From positions 24,310-88,309 of the forward strand of contig CAVVPV010000007.1 of NCBI GenBank assembly GCA_963750185.1: 64,000 nt of DNA. Reading direction: 5' to 3'. The DNA comes from an uncultured Verrucomicrobiae bacterium (GTDB lineage: Bacteria; Verrucomicrobiota; Verrucomicrobiia; Chthoniobacterales; JAFAMB01). This document shows positions 52,038 through 63,053 of this stretch, one piece after another (position 1 is the first letter of the stretch; each line of letters opens with the position of its first letter). The position numbers and the translations under genes are program-made. The notes under the pieces are model-generated. The model saw nothing but the letters and a program-made list of their open reading frames with translations. It was not told the origin of the DNA and searched no databases.

Positions 52038-55000
52038 ATGTCCGGTCAACAATCCTTCGTTATCGTCCGCCTCTGGGTCGCGGCTATGCTGCTGGGGGCA
52101 CTTCTTTTGCCGGTTCAAGCGGCCACGCCCACGACAGTCGTTCTGTCGGACAGCATCAAACCGGTTGAGTTAGCGCCGCAGGCCGGACCGGTCAATCCGA
52201 ACAGGCCATACATCTCGCGCAGCGGGTTGACGGCCGATGAGAGCGCTGCTTCGATGGATTTCGAGTTCGCTTTGAAGATGCATAATCTTTCCGAATTGCA
52301 GGCGCGCTTGGCCAGGGGCGAGCGGATTTCCCCCCAGGAAATGGCGGCCCGCTACGAACCGACGGCGGCCGATTACGAGGCTGTAGCCGCCTGGATCCGC
52401 AGCCAGGGATTGACGATCACGCGTCAGGACGGAACTCACATCGCCATTTTCGTCCGCGGAAACATCAGCCAGATCGAGCAGGCGCTGCTGGTGACTTTCG
52501 CCCGAGTGACGTTCGGGGGCAAGGAATACACCTCAGCCATCAATGCGCCGAGCGTGCCGGCAACTCTATCGCCAATCCTGCTGGGCATTAACGGCCTGCA
52601 ACCTCATATCCGGCCCCATACGCATCTGATCGTGAAGCCCAGTTCATTGACCGGGACGAACCCTCCGTATCTCCCCAGCCAGATTGCTCAGGCGGACAAC
52701 GCCACCAGTTTGTACAGCTCCAATATTACCGGCGAGGGAGAGTCGATTGCCATTGTGATCGACACCTTTCCTTTCACCTCCGACCTCGTCTCGTTCTGGA
52801 AGACCTACGGTGTCAGCCAGTCCCTGAACAATATCCAGTTCATCCAGGTCGTCCCGGGTACGCTGCCTTCGCCTTCGAGTCCAACTGAGGGCGAGACAAC
52901 GCTCGACACGGAATGGAGCAGTTCGATCGCACCGGGTGCGCGCGTTCGGGTCTATGCAACGACAAAACTCGACTTCACCAAATTCGACGAAGCCTACCAG
53001 CAGGTTTACACCGACGCGATCAATCATCCCGAGTATGGCCTGCACCAGATGTCGATGAGTTATGGAGCGGGAGAAAAAACCAGCGAAACGCAGAGCCAGG
53101 TGAATACCGATGCGAATTACTTTATAATGCTGGCCAGCGCGGGCGTGACGATGTTCGCCTCCTCTGGCGACGGCGGTTCTACTCCGGGAACGACAGGAGG
53201 CGATGGATTCGAGCGGTCCGCTGCAGGTGGAATATCCTGCCAGCGATGCCAACGTAACCGGTGTGGGCGGAACGTCTTTGACGCTGAATTCCAACGGCAG
53301 CGAAAGCAGCGAGGTGGCCTGGTCGAACAGCGGCGGAGGAATTAGCGTGTATGTCCCGCGTCCCTCGTGGCAGACCGGCACAGGCGTGCCCGCCGGCACG
53401 ATGCGAGCGGTGCCCGACGTGGCGTGTCCGGCCGATCCGAAAAATGGCGCGGTTCTATATTGGAACGGCGCGCAGACAACAATCGGAGGCACAAGCTGGG
53501 CCTGCCCGACCTGGGCCGGTTATTGCGCGCTCATCAACCAGGCTCGCTCGAATGCCGGTCTGTCGCAGATTGGCTTGTTGGGACCCCAAATCTATCCGCT
53601 GATCGGCTCGACAAATTTTCGTGACATCACCTCCGGGAGCAACAGCGTCGGCGCCAACAGCGGCGGCAACTATAGCGCGGGTATAGGTTACGATCCGGTG
53701 ACCGGTATCGGCGTGCCTCTGATGCAGACTCTGACTCAAACGTTGGTGGGTTCGTCTCAGCTTCTGGGCGTGCAGATTCAGCCGGTCTTCCAGTCGATCG
53801 TGCCTGGACAGAGTGCCTCGTACACGGTCTCGGCCAGCGGCAATCCAACCAGCTACCAATGGCAACGGATGCCGCTCGGAAGTTCGACCTGGAGCAATCT
53901 AAGCGACACCGGCGCCTACAGCGGATCGGCCACGCCCACTTTGACTGTTAACCCTGCGACGTCGGCGATGAGCGGTGACCGGTTTCAATGCGTCGTCCAT
54001 TTTGCCTCCAGCACGGTGACCAGCGCGCCCAATGCGGTGCTCACCGTCGAGACGCCCCTGACGATTGCTACGCTGGCGGGACAGGCCGGTATCATCGGAT
54101 CCACCGCTTCGTCGGACTTTGATTTTCCCACCGGCATCGCTCTCGATACTTCGGGCAATCTCTATATCGCCGATTTCCTGAATAACGCGATTCGCAAAGT
54201 GACGCCCGCCGGAGTCGTGACGACACCCTACGCTGGGTTTGACCTGCCCTATGGCATCGCCGCGGATGGATCAAACAATCTCTACGTGGCTGATACAGGC
54301 GCCAACCTTATTCAAAAAATCACCGCGTCGACGGGGACAGTCAGTACATTAGCGGCTTCGACTTCGTTCAGCGAACCTCTGGGCATCGCTGTCGACAGCC
54401 TGGGAAATATCTATGTTGCCGATACCGGTAATAATATCATCCGTAAGATCACCTCAGGCGGAACGGTGACAACCCTCGCTGGAAATGGAACGGCTGGTTA
54501 TCTCGATGGAACCGGTACATCAGCGGAGTTTGACAACCCGAGCTCCGTAGCGGTGGATAGCTTCGGGAATGTGTATGTGGCTGATCACAACAATGAAGTC
54601 ATTCGGGAAATAACTCCGAGCGGAACGGTCACCACTTTGGCGGGCCAGGCAGGTGTCGCGGGCTATATGGATGGTCCTGCGGCTCAAGCCCTGTTCAATT
54701 CGCCAATTGGCGTGACAGTCGATGGTTCCGGCAATGTCTATGTTGCCGACAGTCTTAACCCTGAGCTCACGGGCACGTTCTTGAACCCCTTGAGCCCGGC
54801 AGGCAATGATCTTATCCGAAAAATTACGCCCGCGGGCGCGGTCAGTACTCTGGCCGGCCAGGCGGGAGTCGCGGGCAGCTCGAACGGCTTGGGATCTGCC
54901 GCGCAGTTTTACAGCGTTCGGGCCTCCGCGATCAACAGTTGGGGAGAATTCTATTTTGCGGATCAGTTCAATCAGCTGATTCGGGAGGGCGGCATCCTCC

Positions 55001-55584
55001 CGGCTATCGTCGCGCCTCCTCTAGGCCAGGTGATCACGGTCGGAGGACCGGTTACCTTTTCCGCGACCGCTTCCGGTACGGGTCCATTCGCCTATCAGTG
55101 GCTGAAAAATAACGCGGCCATTTCCGGTGCAACCGGTTCCACTTACTCTATTGCCAGCGTCGCGGCCGGTGACGCCGGCGACTATACGGTAACGGTCACC
55201 AACTCGTTTGGCAATGCCACCTCGGGCGCCGCCACGCTGATCCCGGTCACTTCGCAGCCTGTGGCCGAGAACGTCAACATCGGCCAGACGGTCACCTTCT
55301 CCATCACTGTGGTGGGACCCGGCCCCTTAACCTATCAATGGCTATTTAACGGTGTGGCGATCAGCGGCGCCACCGGTTCTTCCTATACGATCCAGAACGC
55401 GTCTTCCGCTAATGCGGGCAACTATTCGGTCGTGGTCGGCGACGCGAATGGAATTGTCACGACAAACCCGGTCAGTCTGAGCTTCATGGCATCGGATACC
55501 CCGACAATGCCGCAGTGGGGACTGATCGTGATGGCTCTCCTGCTTATTTGGGCTGCGACGCGTCAAAGAGCACGGCCGGCGTGA
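52038..55584 (+). CDS. Surface S53 peptidase-Ig-NHL-Ig protein with IPTL-CTERM-type signal; one frameshift near 53205
   Basis: Signal peptide, pro-domain, ETTLD, SSGDGG, then in the second frame GGTSWACP, GYDPVTGIG; NHL repeats (GIAVDSLGNIYVAD); PTMPQWG + TM + Arg tail. Confidence 0.88.
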
Positions 55585-55590
55585 CAAACT

Positions 55591-56196
55591 GTGAGCCGCC
55601 AAACAAGGAAAAACCGTCAGAAGCGCCAGGAGCATTCGTCTAATGCTGCATGGCAATCCTGGTATGCCAGCAAAAGCCCGGTGCTTCGCTTCGTGTCGAA
55701 GTTCGGTATCCTCCTTGCCTTGTTCTACGGGCTGTCGGCCACTCCCTGGTTCGATCGAATGCTCTATTCCTATCTGGAAGCCAATGCCTGGCTTTCCAAT
55801 ACCATCTTGAACAGCTTCGGCCAGCACACGCATGTTTCTGAAGTAACGATTGAGTCGCCTCAGTTTGCCATCGTTCTTCGCCGGGGCTGCGATGCCGTTG
55901 AGGCGACCTGGCTCTTTTGTGCGGCCGTCCTCTCCTTCCGTGCTCCCTTCATGCGTAAGCTTCCTGGTTTAATGGCCGGAATCGTTACGTTGCAGGCACT
56001 CAATCTGGTCCGTATCGTTACCCTTTACTGGATTGGTCTTCATGTGCCCGACTTTTTCGATTCGGCCCATACGGAACTCTGGCCGGCCGCCTTTATTATC
56101 GTGGCGATCGTGCTTTTCATTTGCTGGATGAAAGGGGGAGACTGGGGAAACGTATCGGCGGGTCGGCGTGTGGGCGTATCGGCGTGTAGAGAATAA
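55591..56196 (+). CDS. xrtH: Exosortase H-like protein
   Basis: GCDAVEA (Cys), LNLVRIVTLYWIG (Arg), AHTELWP (His); adjacent to IPTL-CTERM-type substrates. Confidence 0.8.
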   Translation: MSRQTRKNRQKRQEHSSNAAWQSWYASKSPVLRFVSKFGILLALFYGLSATPWFDRMLYSYLEANAWLSNTILNSFGQHTHVSEVTIESPQFAIVLRRGCDAVEATWLFCAAVLSFRAPFMRKLPGLMAGIVTLQALNLVRIVTLYWIGLHVPDFFDSAHTELWPAAFIIVAIVLFICWMKGGDWGNVSAGRRVGVSACRE

Positions 56197-56302
56197 GACT
56201 GCTTTTCGACATAACTATATTGACCAGGAGGTCTCCACGAAGGTGACGACTCTTTTCAAACGCCCACACGCCGACCCGCCGACCCGCCGTTACGTTTCCC
56301 CA
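56143..56302. repeat. Inverted octamer-repeat element at the xrtH/next-gene junction
   Basis: tggggaaacgtatcggcgggtcggcgtgtgggcgt ... acgcccacacgccgacccgccgacccgccgttacgtttcccca. Confidence 0.8.
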
Positions 56303-56938
56303 AGCCTGCTCCTCGGATTTTTGGTTCGCTTTGTCCTCGTTTTTGGATTCCTCATCTTTCCATCGCCGGAGTGGAATGAGTTATATGGCCAGGGCTTTCG
56401 CGCCGTCGGCAATGCGGTCTTTGCGCGGGATGATGAAAAGAGCGTCCTTTATTTTGAAGGACATCGGGAGACACGGGGATTTTCCGCAGTTGATACGCGA
56501 ATAGTCATTGGCAACCGCCATCTTACAGATAGTAACGGCAAGGGGCCGGCGGCGTTGCTGGCACTCAATACGCGCTCCGTCGGCTGGTTACCGACGGCCC
56601 TGACAGTGGCACTCATTGTCTCCACGCCGGTTCCGTGGCGGCGGCGTTGTTGGGCGTTGCTATGGGGCTTGCTGTTGATCCACGCCTTTATCCTGTTTTC
56701 CGTGTTCGTTTATATCTGGAACGAATCGACCACTGTTTCGCTCGTCACGCTTTCACCCTTTTGGAAAGAAATCGCAGATGCTCTCGAATACACGCTTGTC
56801 ACGCAAATGGGGATCAGCTTTTCGATCCCTGTGCTGATTTGGGTTACAGTGCTATTCCGGCGGCAAGATGTTAAGATCTTCGTGCTCACGCAGCCTCGTG
56901 AAGATGCAAAACCCGTCCCAAAGGAAGAGAAATGTTAA
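56168..56938 (+). CDS. Exosortase-associated membrane protein (start uncertain)
   Basis: Multiple TMs; ALIVSTPVPWRRRCWALLWGLLL resembles exosortase-like helices. Confidence 0.6.
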   Translation: MWAYRRVENKTAFRHNYIDQEVSTKVTTLFKRPHADPPTRRYVSPSLLLGFLVRFVLVFGFLIFPSPEWNELYGQGFRAVGNAVFARDDEKSVLYFEGHRETRGFSAVDTRIVIGNRHLTDSNGKGPAALLALNTRSVGWLPTALTVALIVSTPVPWRRRCWALLWGLLLIHAFILFSVFVYIWNESTTVSLVTLSPFWKEIADALEYTLVTQMGISFSIPVLIWVTVLFRRQDVKIFVLTQPREDAKPVPKEEKC

Positions 56939-57018
56939 TAGTCACCATAGCAAGAAACCAAACATAGATCCGTTTGCCTGGTTCTCGCCCGATGCCTAGC
57001 ATTCTACTGCTTAACCGG

Positions 57019-57083
57019 GAGTAGGCGAAGCGTCCCCGCTTTGCACCTCTTCACAGGCGCGCAAACCGAGACGGTTCGCCTAC
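57019..57083. repeat. GTAG-type REP element
   Basis: gtaggcgaagcgtccccgctttgc ... gcaaaccgagacggttcgcctac; halves also at 15548-15574 and 19447-19469. Confidence 0.7.
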
Positions 57084-57112
57084 ATTTCGCCGCACATCCG
57101 TGAGCGGCGCAA

Positions 57113-58279
57113 TCATTCTCCAAGCAGGTTCGCCATATAATGAGCCGGCATAAAATCCTCGATTAGAATCTCGATCTTCCCGCGGCGGTGCATGCGGACC
57201 TGCGAGACGTTAATTTCCGGCGTTTTGTGCGGCGCAAACAAAATATCGTCATGTGTCGCATTCTTCCGGTCCGCGAATTTGTCGGGTGTTAAGTGCCCTC
57301 CGAGGTGATCGCTTCGTCCAGTCGCGACGTGGATAGTGCCTAGAATCTTTTCATCCTGGATATCACGACCCGACACCGGGAGGAGCTGAGTCCCAAAACC
57401 AAGCTCTCCCAGCTCTCCTGTGACCGGATCCGACTGAATCTTTTTCTGATATGCTTCGATCGTTTGCGGGTTTCCTTGGAGAAGCCGGCTATCGACGATC
57501 CGACCACCTTCAACGTTCATCAACCCTATCGTTCCATCGTCAAACTTCAGTGGAAAGCGGCCCGATGCGCTGGCGGGTACATAGTAGATCTCACCTGCCG
57601 GCAGGTTCGCAATATCAGGACCGCCCCGGCACAAACCGTGGCTCTTCTGCGCTTCCTGTTGATCAAGCTCGAGACGCAATGTGTGCCGCTCGCCATCGAC
57701 CACAAAATCGATCTCGACCCAATCGGCTCTTGTCATCCCGAGGCGCAATTTTTCGGCATCCCGGCTGACGATTTCATAGTCAACCGCCAACCCTGTTTCC
57801 AGGATTGTTTGATTCAGCCCGTGAAGGGTCGCTCCGCGAAAACCATATTTCTTCGCAAAAGCGGTCAACGGCGCAGTTGCTGAGTAGGTCGAAATACACA
57901 AGATGAGATCGTAATTGGGATAGATGTCTCTCTCGAAGCGAACTTCCTTGCCTGTTGGTGTCACCGCCACATCCGGCAAGTCGAGGTTGCTGCCGCCTGT
58001 GATCGTGTAGGCGAACAGATCGCCTCCCCGAAGTTTCAGCTCACCGAGCACGCCGTTCTTCAAGCCCTTATAAAAGACTTCGTATGCATGCCGCTGGATC
58101 GTGAGGTTTGGGTCTAGTAGAAACCGGAAGTCCGCTATGTCGTGAGGAACTTTGAGATCGATAAGAATTGCGACCCGTTCTCCAGGTTTCGGACGGAACA
58201 CTGTCCGCAGAAGACGAGACAGGCTGAACCGAGGAAAAGTTTCGGGGATCCTGAGGTTGGATTCAGCGACCATGGTCAT
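57113..58279 (-). CDS. M29 aminopeptidase-like metalloprotein
   Basis: ANLPAGE, LGELGFG, QDEKILGTIHVATG, HDDI. Confidence 0.75.
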   Translation of the reverse strand: MTMVAESNLRIPETFPRFSLSRLLRTVFRPKPGERVAILIDLKVPHDIADFRFLLDPNLTIQRHAYEVFYKGLKNGVLGELKLRGGDLFAYTITGGSNLDLPDVAVTPTGKEVRFERDIYPNYDLILCISTYSATAPLTAFAKKYGFRGATLHGLNQTILETGLAVDYEIVSRDAEKLRLGMTRADWVEIDFVVDGERHTLRLELDQQEAQKSHGLCRGGPDIANLPAGEIYYVPASASGRFPLKFDDGTIGLMNVEGGRIVDSRLLQGNPQTIEAYQKKIQSDPVTGELGELGFGTQLLPVSGRDIQDEKILGTIHVATGRSDHLGGHLTPDKFADRKNATHDDILFAPHKTPEINVSQVRMHRRGKIEILIEDFMPAHYMANLLGE

Positions 58280-58678
58280 AAGATTGATACTCTTTCGTTT
58301 TACGATTTAAAGCGCCCGATCTAATTACAGACACCGCGTCCGTTCGTGCGTTGCGCGGAGGATCGAGCGGCATAGTGACAACCCTATGTCAGGAGGGTTG
58401 ATAAGCCTTGGCGTAGTAGGGCGTGTCGGCCAGGCTGCAGAGGTCACGCCTTCTCCGTCACGAAGCTTCTCGGATAAGGAAGAACACAGGCGAGACGCCT
58501 ATGCTACTTTGGACTCGGCGACGTTCGTGCCTCAGGAGGCAAATGACGTGCCAGGGGCGTTATGAACGATGTACGCAGCTCCTCATTGAATGGAGTCGTT
58601 CGCGGCGACCGCTTTTCACTGGCGGGATAGAAGCGCGTCACGTCGTTCGCATTGTCGGAGGATTACTTTGCCGCATTG

Positions 58679-60007
58679 CTACGACCCCAGCGCCCATTCG
58701 TTGAGCGCGAAGGCGTCTCGCCGTGGTCTGTTTGCTCGGAGCGCTTCGATATGTTCGACCAGAAATTTTGCGTCCCGTGCAACGCCGGAAAACCGTCCGG
58801 AGCCCCAGGTGTACTGCCAAGGCAAGCCGAGAAAGTATAAACCGGGAACCGTCGTTATTCCGCGATAATGACCGGGATAACCTTTGCCATCAAAAATCGG
58901 GAGCTCGATCCAGCTGTAATCGGCATGGAATCCAATGCTCCAGATAATCGCTGTGATTCCGGCCGCAATATAGTCGAGCTTCAGAATTTCCGAATCAGGC
59001 TCCCAAACCGGTTTGTAGCGTGGTTCAATCGGGGCGCTGATTCCGCTGCGTTCAATGAATTTATCGATCGTGTCTTTGATGCTGTCCGCTACCGCATCGG
59101 CTTGATCGAGGTTCTGTTTGAGGTCGCCAGAAAAGTGTAAGGTTGATCCACGGATTTCTTTGAGCCGGCCATGCAATCGCATTCCTTCAATGGCAAACTT
59201 GCGCAGATCGATATCGCGCCCGCCGTCGCGCCCGGTGACATAGTGATTGGCCTTAGTTCGAACGCGTTCCTTTTGCGGATGCTCGTGAATTGGCATGTCG
59301 TAATAGCCCATGTCATCCAGCCAATCAACCACGTCCTTGCCGCGATAGCGGCGTGCCGTTCGGGGAGCGCCGCCGACGCACAAATGAACCCGTTTTCCGG
59401 CAAGATGCAGATCCTCTGCGATCTGGCAGCCGGATTGTCCCGAACCAACGACGAGCACTTCGCCGGCCGGCAGTTGCTGCGGGTTTTTGTAGTCGGAAGA
59501 ATGGATCTGGTACAAATCGGGCGGGAAACGCTCTGCTATGCGTGGGATGGTTGCGTCCTGGTAACCGCCTGTTGCAATGATCACCTGATCCGCCGTGAAA
59601 TCACCCACGTCGGTCGTCACTTCGAAGGTATCGGAATCATCACGCCGAAGCCGGGAGACCGCTACTCCTTCGTAAACGGGTGGTTGAAAAGCGCGCGCGT
59701 ACGATTCGATGTATTCGACGATTTCGTCTTTGACCATGAATCCGTGCGGGTCAGGCCCGGCATAGGAATGGCCCGGAAGCTGGCATTGCCAATTTGGCGT
59801 TACGAGGCAAAAGTTGTCCCATCGCTTTGACCGCCACGATTCAGCGATTCTATTCTTTTCAAAGGTGACATGGTCGATTGCGCGATCCTTCAGGAGGTAG
59901 CTGGCGGAGAGGCCGGCTTGTCCGCCTCCGATCACAATCACGGAGAAATGCGTTTGCGAAGGGGTAACGGGAGGTAGCTGTGCTGTGGTTTCGTTCATCG
60001 TGCTCAC
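58679..60007 (-). CDS. MSMEG_0569-family flavin-dependent oxidoreductase (Nit1C NitH-like)
   Basis: GGGQAG, WDNFCLVTPNWQC, GSGQSGCQIAEDL, NHYVTGRDGGRDIDLR, TWGSGRFSGV. Confidence 0.9.
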   Translation of the reverse strand: MSTMNETTAQLPPVTPSQTHFSVIVIGGGQAGLSASYLLKDRAIDHVTFEKNRIAESWRSKRWDNFCLVTPNWQCQLPGHSYAGPDPHGFMVKDEIVEYIESYARAFQPPVYEGVAVSRLRRDDSDTFEVTTDVGDFTADQVIIATGGYQDATIPRIAERFPPDLYQIHSSDYKNPQQLPAGEVLVVGSGQSGCQIAEDLHLAGKRVHLCVGGAPRTARRYRGKDVVDWLDDMGYYDMPIHEHPQKERVRTKANHYVTGRDGGRDIDLRKFAIEGMRLHGRLKEIRGSTLHFSGDLKQNLDQADAVADSIKDTIDKFIERSGISAPIEPRYKPVWEPDSEILKLDYIAAGITAIIWSIGFHADYSWIELPIFDGKGYPGHYRGITTVPGLYFLGLPWQYTWGSGRFSGVARDAKFLVEHIEALRANRPRRDAFALNEWALGS

Positions 60008-60022
60008 GGAGCTGGTGTTGTT

Positions 60023-60298
60023 TCAGATGTGAAGAACGCGAATAGTTGCGTTGCTTTCGTAGGAGCGCGTCCATTCTTCGATCGAGTCGAGTTGCGCCGC
60101 AGCGGAACTGCACGCAAAGCCATATTTCTCGCGTACACGCTCGCCGGCCGCCGCAAGCGCCACTCGACTCCGAGAAAGAAACTCCGCAACGGACATTTCC
60201 TCACCCTGGCTGAAGTGCTTTAACACGACGGTCGAAGGCGAATAGCACTCTTTCGTCAGGCCGTCCGGTAGCTGAATCGTAAAATAGATTTCCGGCAT
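60023..60298 (-). CDS. MSMEG_0570-family protein (NitG-like)
   Basis: MPEIYFTIQLPDG...CYSPS...RVREKYGFACSSA. Confidence 0.9.
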   Translation of the reverse strand: MPEIYFTIQLPDGLTKECYSPSTVVLKHFSQGEEMSVAEFLSRSRVALAAAGERVREKYGFACSSAAAQLDSIEEWTRSYESNATIRVLHI

Positions 60299-60299
60299 A

Positions 60300-61445
60300 T
60301 TATGCGGCGCAGGCGGACTGCTTTTCAAAGGTCGAGAGCGTTGAACAGGCGGCACACTTCACGCAACCGGCTTTCACCGTGTCCGATGTCATCCCCGCTT
60401 CGGTCAGCCATTGGCCGACCGGCCCGAGAACGTTGCGCAAAAATTCGGCCGATGGGGGACGACGCGATGCGAGCGGTGTGCCACCGACCGGCACAAACGG
60501 CACAATAAAGGGATAGACTCCAAGATCGATCAGGACGCGCGCGGCTTCGTGCAGCGATTCCTCGGAATCGCCAAGACCGGCCAGCAGATAGGTACTTACC
60601 TGTCCCCGGCCGAATACTTTGACCGCGGCGCCGAAGGCTTCGAGGTAAAACGAGCGAGGCACTTCCGCTTTGCCGGGCATGATCCGCCGGCGCACTTCTT
60701 CATCCCAGGCCTCGAGATGCATACCGAGCGAATCGACCCCGGCATCGCCCATCCGCGGAAACCATCTGAAGTCGGCCGGTGGCTCGCACTGGGCCTGGAT
60801 AGGAAGATTCGTCGCTCTCTTGATTGCGGTTGCGCACTCCGAAAGGATCGCCGCACCCCGGTCATCGCTCGCCGGCGTTCCCGTGGTCATCACGACATTT
60901 GCAATGCCATCCAGCCGTCGGGCGGCGGCGGAAACTTCGGCCAGTCGCTCCGGACTCTTTCTGGCAATCGTGCGCCCGGCTTTCAACGATTCACCGATCG
61001 CGCAGAACTGGCATTTGGTTGCACTGTTTCCGTATCGAACACAGGTTTGCAGGACTGTCGTAGCGAGCGTGTCGCGTGAGTGGAGCAGGGCGATTTTCCA
61101 GTATGGAATACCGTCAGCGGTCCTCAGACCGTAAAATTGCGGCTGTGGCGGAAAGGATATTTCACAGACGACCTCCTCTCCGCTCCTGAGATCGGAGACG
61201 CCGCGCCGGTCGGGCGGCGTTGCGACGTAGGTGGAACTAGCGGCGCCATGCGTATGCACCGGCACCATGATCGTGGTGCCGAGCACGGTGACCGCCTTGT
61301 GATCGGTAGGCCCTGCGCCGCCGCGCCTGCTTGCGACACCGGCACTCGAATCGAGCAGTCGCAGGCCGTGTGTTTGGAGCTCAGAGAGCAGGAATTGTTT
61401 CCTGGTCAGGAGCGCTGATTGGAAGTCCACCATAAGAGTGTTCAA
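60300..61445 (-). CDS. MSMEG_0568-family radical SAM protein (NitD-like)
   Basis: [19 protein letters not shown]...[16 protein letters not shown]. Confidence 0.92.
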   Translation of the reverse strand: MNTLMVDFQSALLTRKQFLLSELQTHGLRLLDSSAGVASRRGGAGPTDHKAVTVLGTTIMVPVHTHGAASSTYVATPPDRRGVSDLRSGEEVVCEISFPPQPQFYGLRTADGIPYWKIALLHSRDTLATTVLQTCVRYGNSATKCQFCAIGESLKAGRTIARKSPERLAEVSAAARRLDGIANVVMTTGTPASDDRGAAILSECATAIKRATNLPIQAQCEPPADFRWFPRMGDAGVDSLGMHLEAWDEEVRRRIMPGKAEVPRSFYLEAFGAAVKVFGRGQVSTYLLAGLGDSEESLHEAARVLIDLGVYPFIVPFVPVGGTPLASRRPPSAEFLRNVLGPVGQWLTEAGMTSDTVKAGCVKCAACSTLSTFEKQSACAA

Positions 61446-62379
61446 ACGTTTCGTCGTTCTTGCTTCGCACTTGCGCGTTTGGCGTCCGATCGATGTGAAG
61501 GGTAAATATGTCGGGGCGTGAATAGTGACCGACGGAATCCATCATCCGTTTCCGTTTTGTAATCAGCGCGGGATCGAGTTCCGCGATTGCCATTCCTTCC
61601 CCTTGGGTAATGGTCGGGCAAAGTGGCGTTCCTTCGGGCGAGATAATCGCCGTGTGACAACCCCCGCGGAGCGCTTTGCGGAGCTTGTCATCCTGTGTGA
61701 TCGAGTTGATCTGGTCATCGGTGAGCCATCCGGTTGCGTTCACAACAAAGCAACCGGACTCGAGTGCATGGTGCCTGATGGTCACCTCGATCTGGTCGGC
61801 AAAAATCTGGCCAACCATCGAGCCTGGAAATTGCGCGCAGTGAATCTCTTCGCGCTCTTCCATCAAAGCAAAACGGGCGAGCGGATTGTAATGTTCCCAG
61901 CAGGCAAGCGCGCCAACCTTGCCCAGCGCAGTGTCGACAGCACGAATTCCGGCGCCGTCGCCCTGTCCCCACACCATCCGTTCATGATAGGTCGGTGTGA
62001 TCTTGCGGCGTTTCAATAGAAGCGATCCGTCGCTATCGAAGATCAGTTGTGTGTTATAAAGCGAGCCGCCGTCGCGCTCATTTACGCCGACAACGAGCAC
62101 CATCCCGTGTCGCGCAGCCGATTTCGACAATCGCTCCGTGGTGGGCCCCGGCACTTCGACCGCCCATTCGTAAAGGCGCAAATGCTCCTTCCCCATGAGA
62201 ACTGCGGGAGCGACAAACGAAAAATAGGGGTAGTACGGAATGAACGTTTCGGGAAAAACGGCCAATTCGACTCCCTCCGCGGCCGCGCGATCGATCGCGT
62301 CGCAAACGCGGTCGACCGTTCCGGTGCTGCTCGTGAGGTCGGGAGCAATTTGGACTGCTGCCGCCTTGATCCGCTTCAT
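61381..62379 (-). CDS. Nit6803-family nitrilase (NitC-like)
   Basis: [26 protein letters not shown] (Glu-Lys-Cys triad), [10 protein letters not shown]. Confidence 0.95.
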   Translation of the reverse strand: MKRIKAAAVQIAPDLTSSTGTVDRVCDAIDRAAAEGVELAVFPETFIPYYPYFSFVAPAVLMGKEHLRLYEWAVEVPGPTTERLSKSAARHGMVLVVGVNERDGGSLYNTQLIFDSDGSLLLKRRKITPTYHERMVWGQGDGAGIRAVDTALGKVGALACWEHYNPLARFALMEEREEIHCAQFPGSMVGQIFADQIEVTIRHHALESGCFVVNATGWLTDDQINSITQDDKLRKALRGGCHTAIISPEGTPLCPTITQGEGMAIAELDPALITKRKRMMDSVGHYSRPDIFTLHIDRTPNAQVRSKNDETFEHSYGGLPISAPDQETIPAL

Positions 62380-62382
62380 GTG

Positions 62383-62865
62383 TTATACCGTCCAGGAATC
62401 GATGATTGTTGCGCCCGCTTTCTTGTGCATCAGGATACAGTCCAGAACGTCCAGAGGGTTGATCGGGATGATCCCCGGTATAAACGCCTTTTCTGTCTGG
62501 CCATAGAGCGCTTGCGTGGAAAATCGGCAGCCGTACACCTTGCCCCCTTCTTCCATAAACTTCGCCAGGCGCTGGTTAACGAAGAGATGTCCCGGAAACG
62601 CCTCATCGCCAAGGGTCGGGAATCCACGCTGGAACCCGAGCGTGACGCCCGGGCCATAAAGCAGGATGGATGTGTCGTATCCTTTTCGCAGCAGGCGCGT
62701 TGCGGTGAGCGTATTGACGATACCGATCGACCCTTCGAAGGCGATGGTGTGAAAGGTAACGAGCGCTTTTTCGCCTGGATCGGCTTTAACATCGGGAAAC
62801 ACTTTCTCTTCGTAGTCCACGAGAAAGTCTCCGGCTTTATGCATTTCTTTTTCGACTTTTGGCAT
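62383..62865 (-). CDS. MSMEG_0572/Sll0783-family DsrE-like protein (NitB-like)
   Basis: [47 protein letters not shown]. Confidence 0.93.
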   Translation of the reverse strand: MPKVEKEMHKAGDFLVDYEEKVFPDVKADPGEKALVTFHTIAFEGSIGIVNTLTATRLLRKGYDTSILLYGPGVTLGFQRGFPTLGDEAFPGHLFVNQRLAKFMEEGGKVYGCRFSTQALYGQTEKAFIPGIIPINPLDVLDCILMHKKAGATIIDSWTV

Positions 62866-63053
62866 GAGTATTGTTGCGGTGAACAGTTGCTGGTTGAGAC
62901 GAACCAAACGGCCTCGTCGTATTTCCGCGGTAAGAGCATGGGTCGAACCGTCTACGGTTTAGGGGTGCCTGTTTCGGTGGGATTTTTCGCGCATATTGTT
63001 GCGCGCCCCGGGCGTGGGATGCGTTGTGAGTGTCGTCCGCCGGGTGAACGCTG

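Noticed and set aside
53190..53220. Programmed frameshift or phase variation in the S53-NHL gene
   Set aside because: No slippery heptamer or homopolymer tract; a simple indel or sequencing error is more likely
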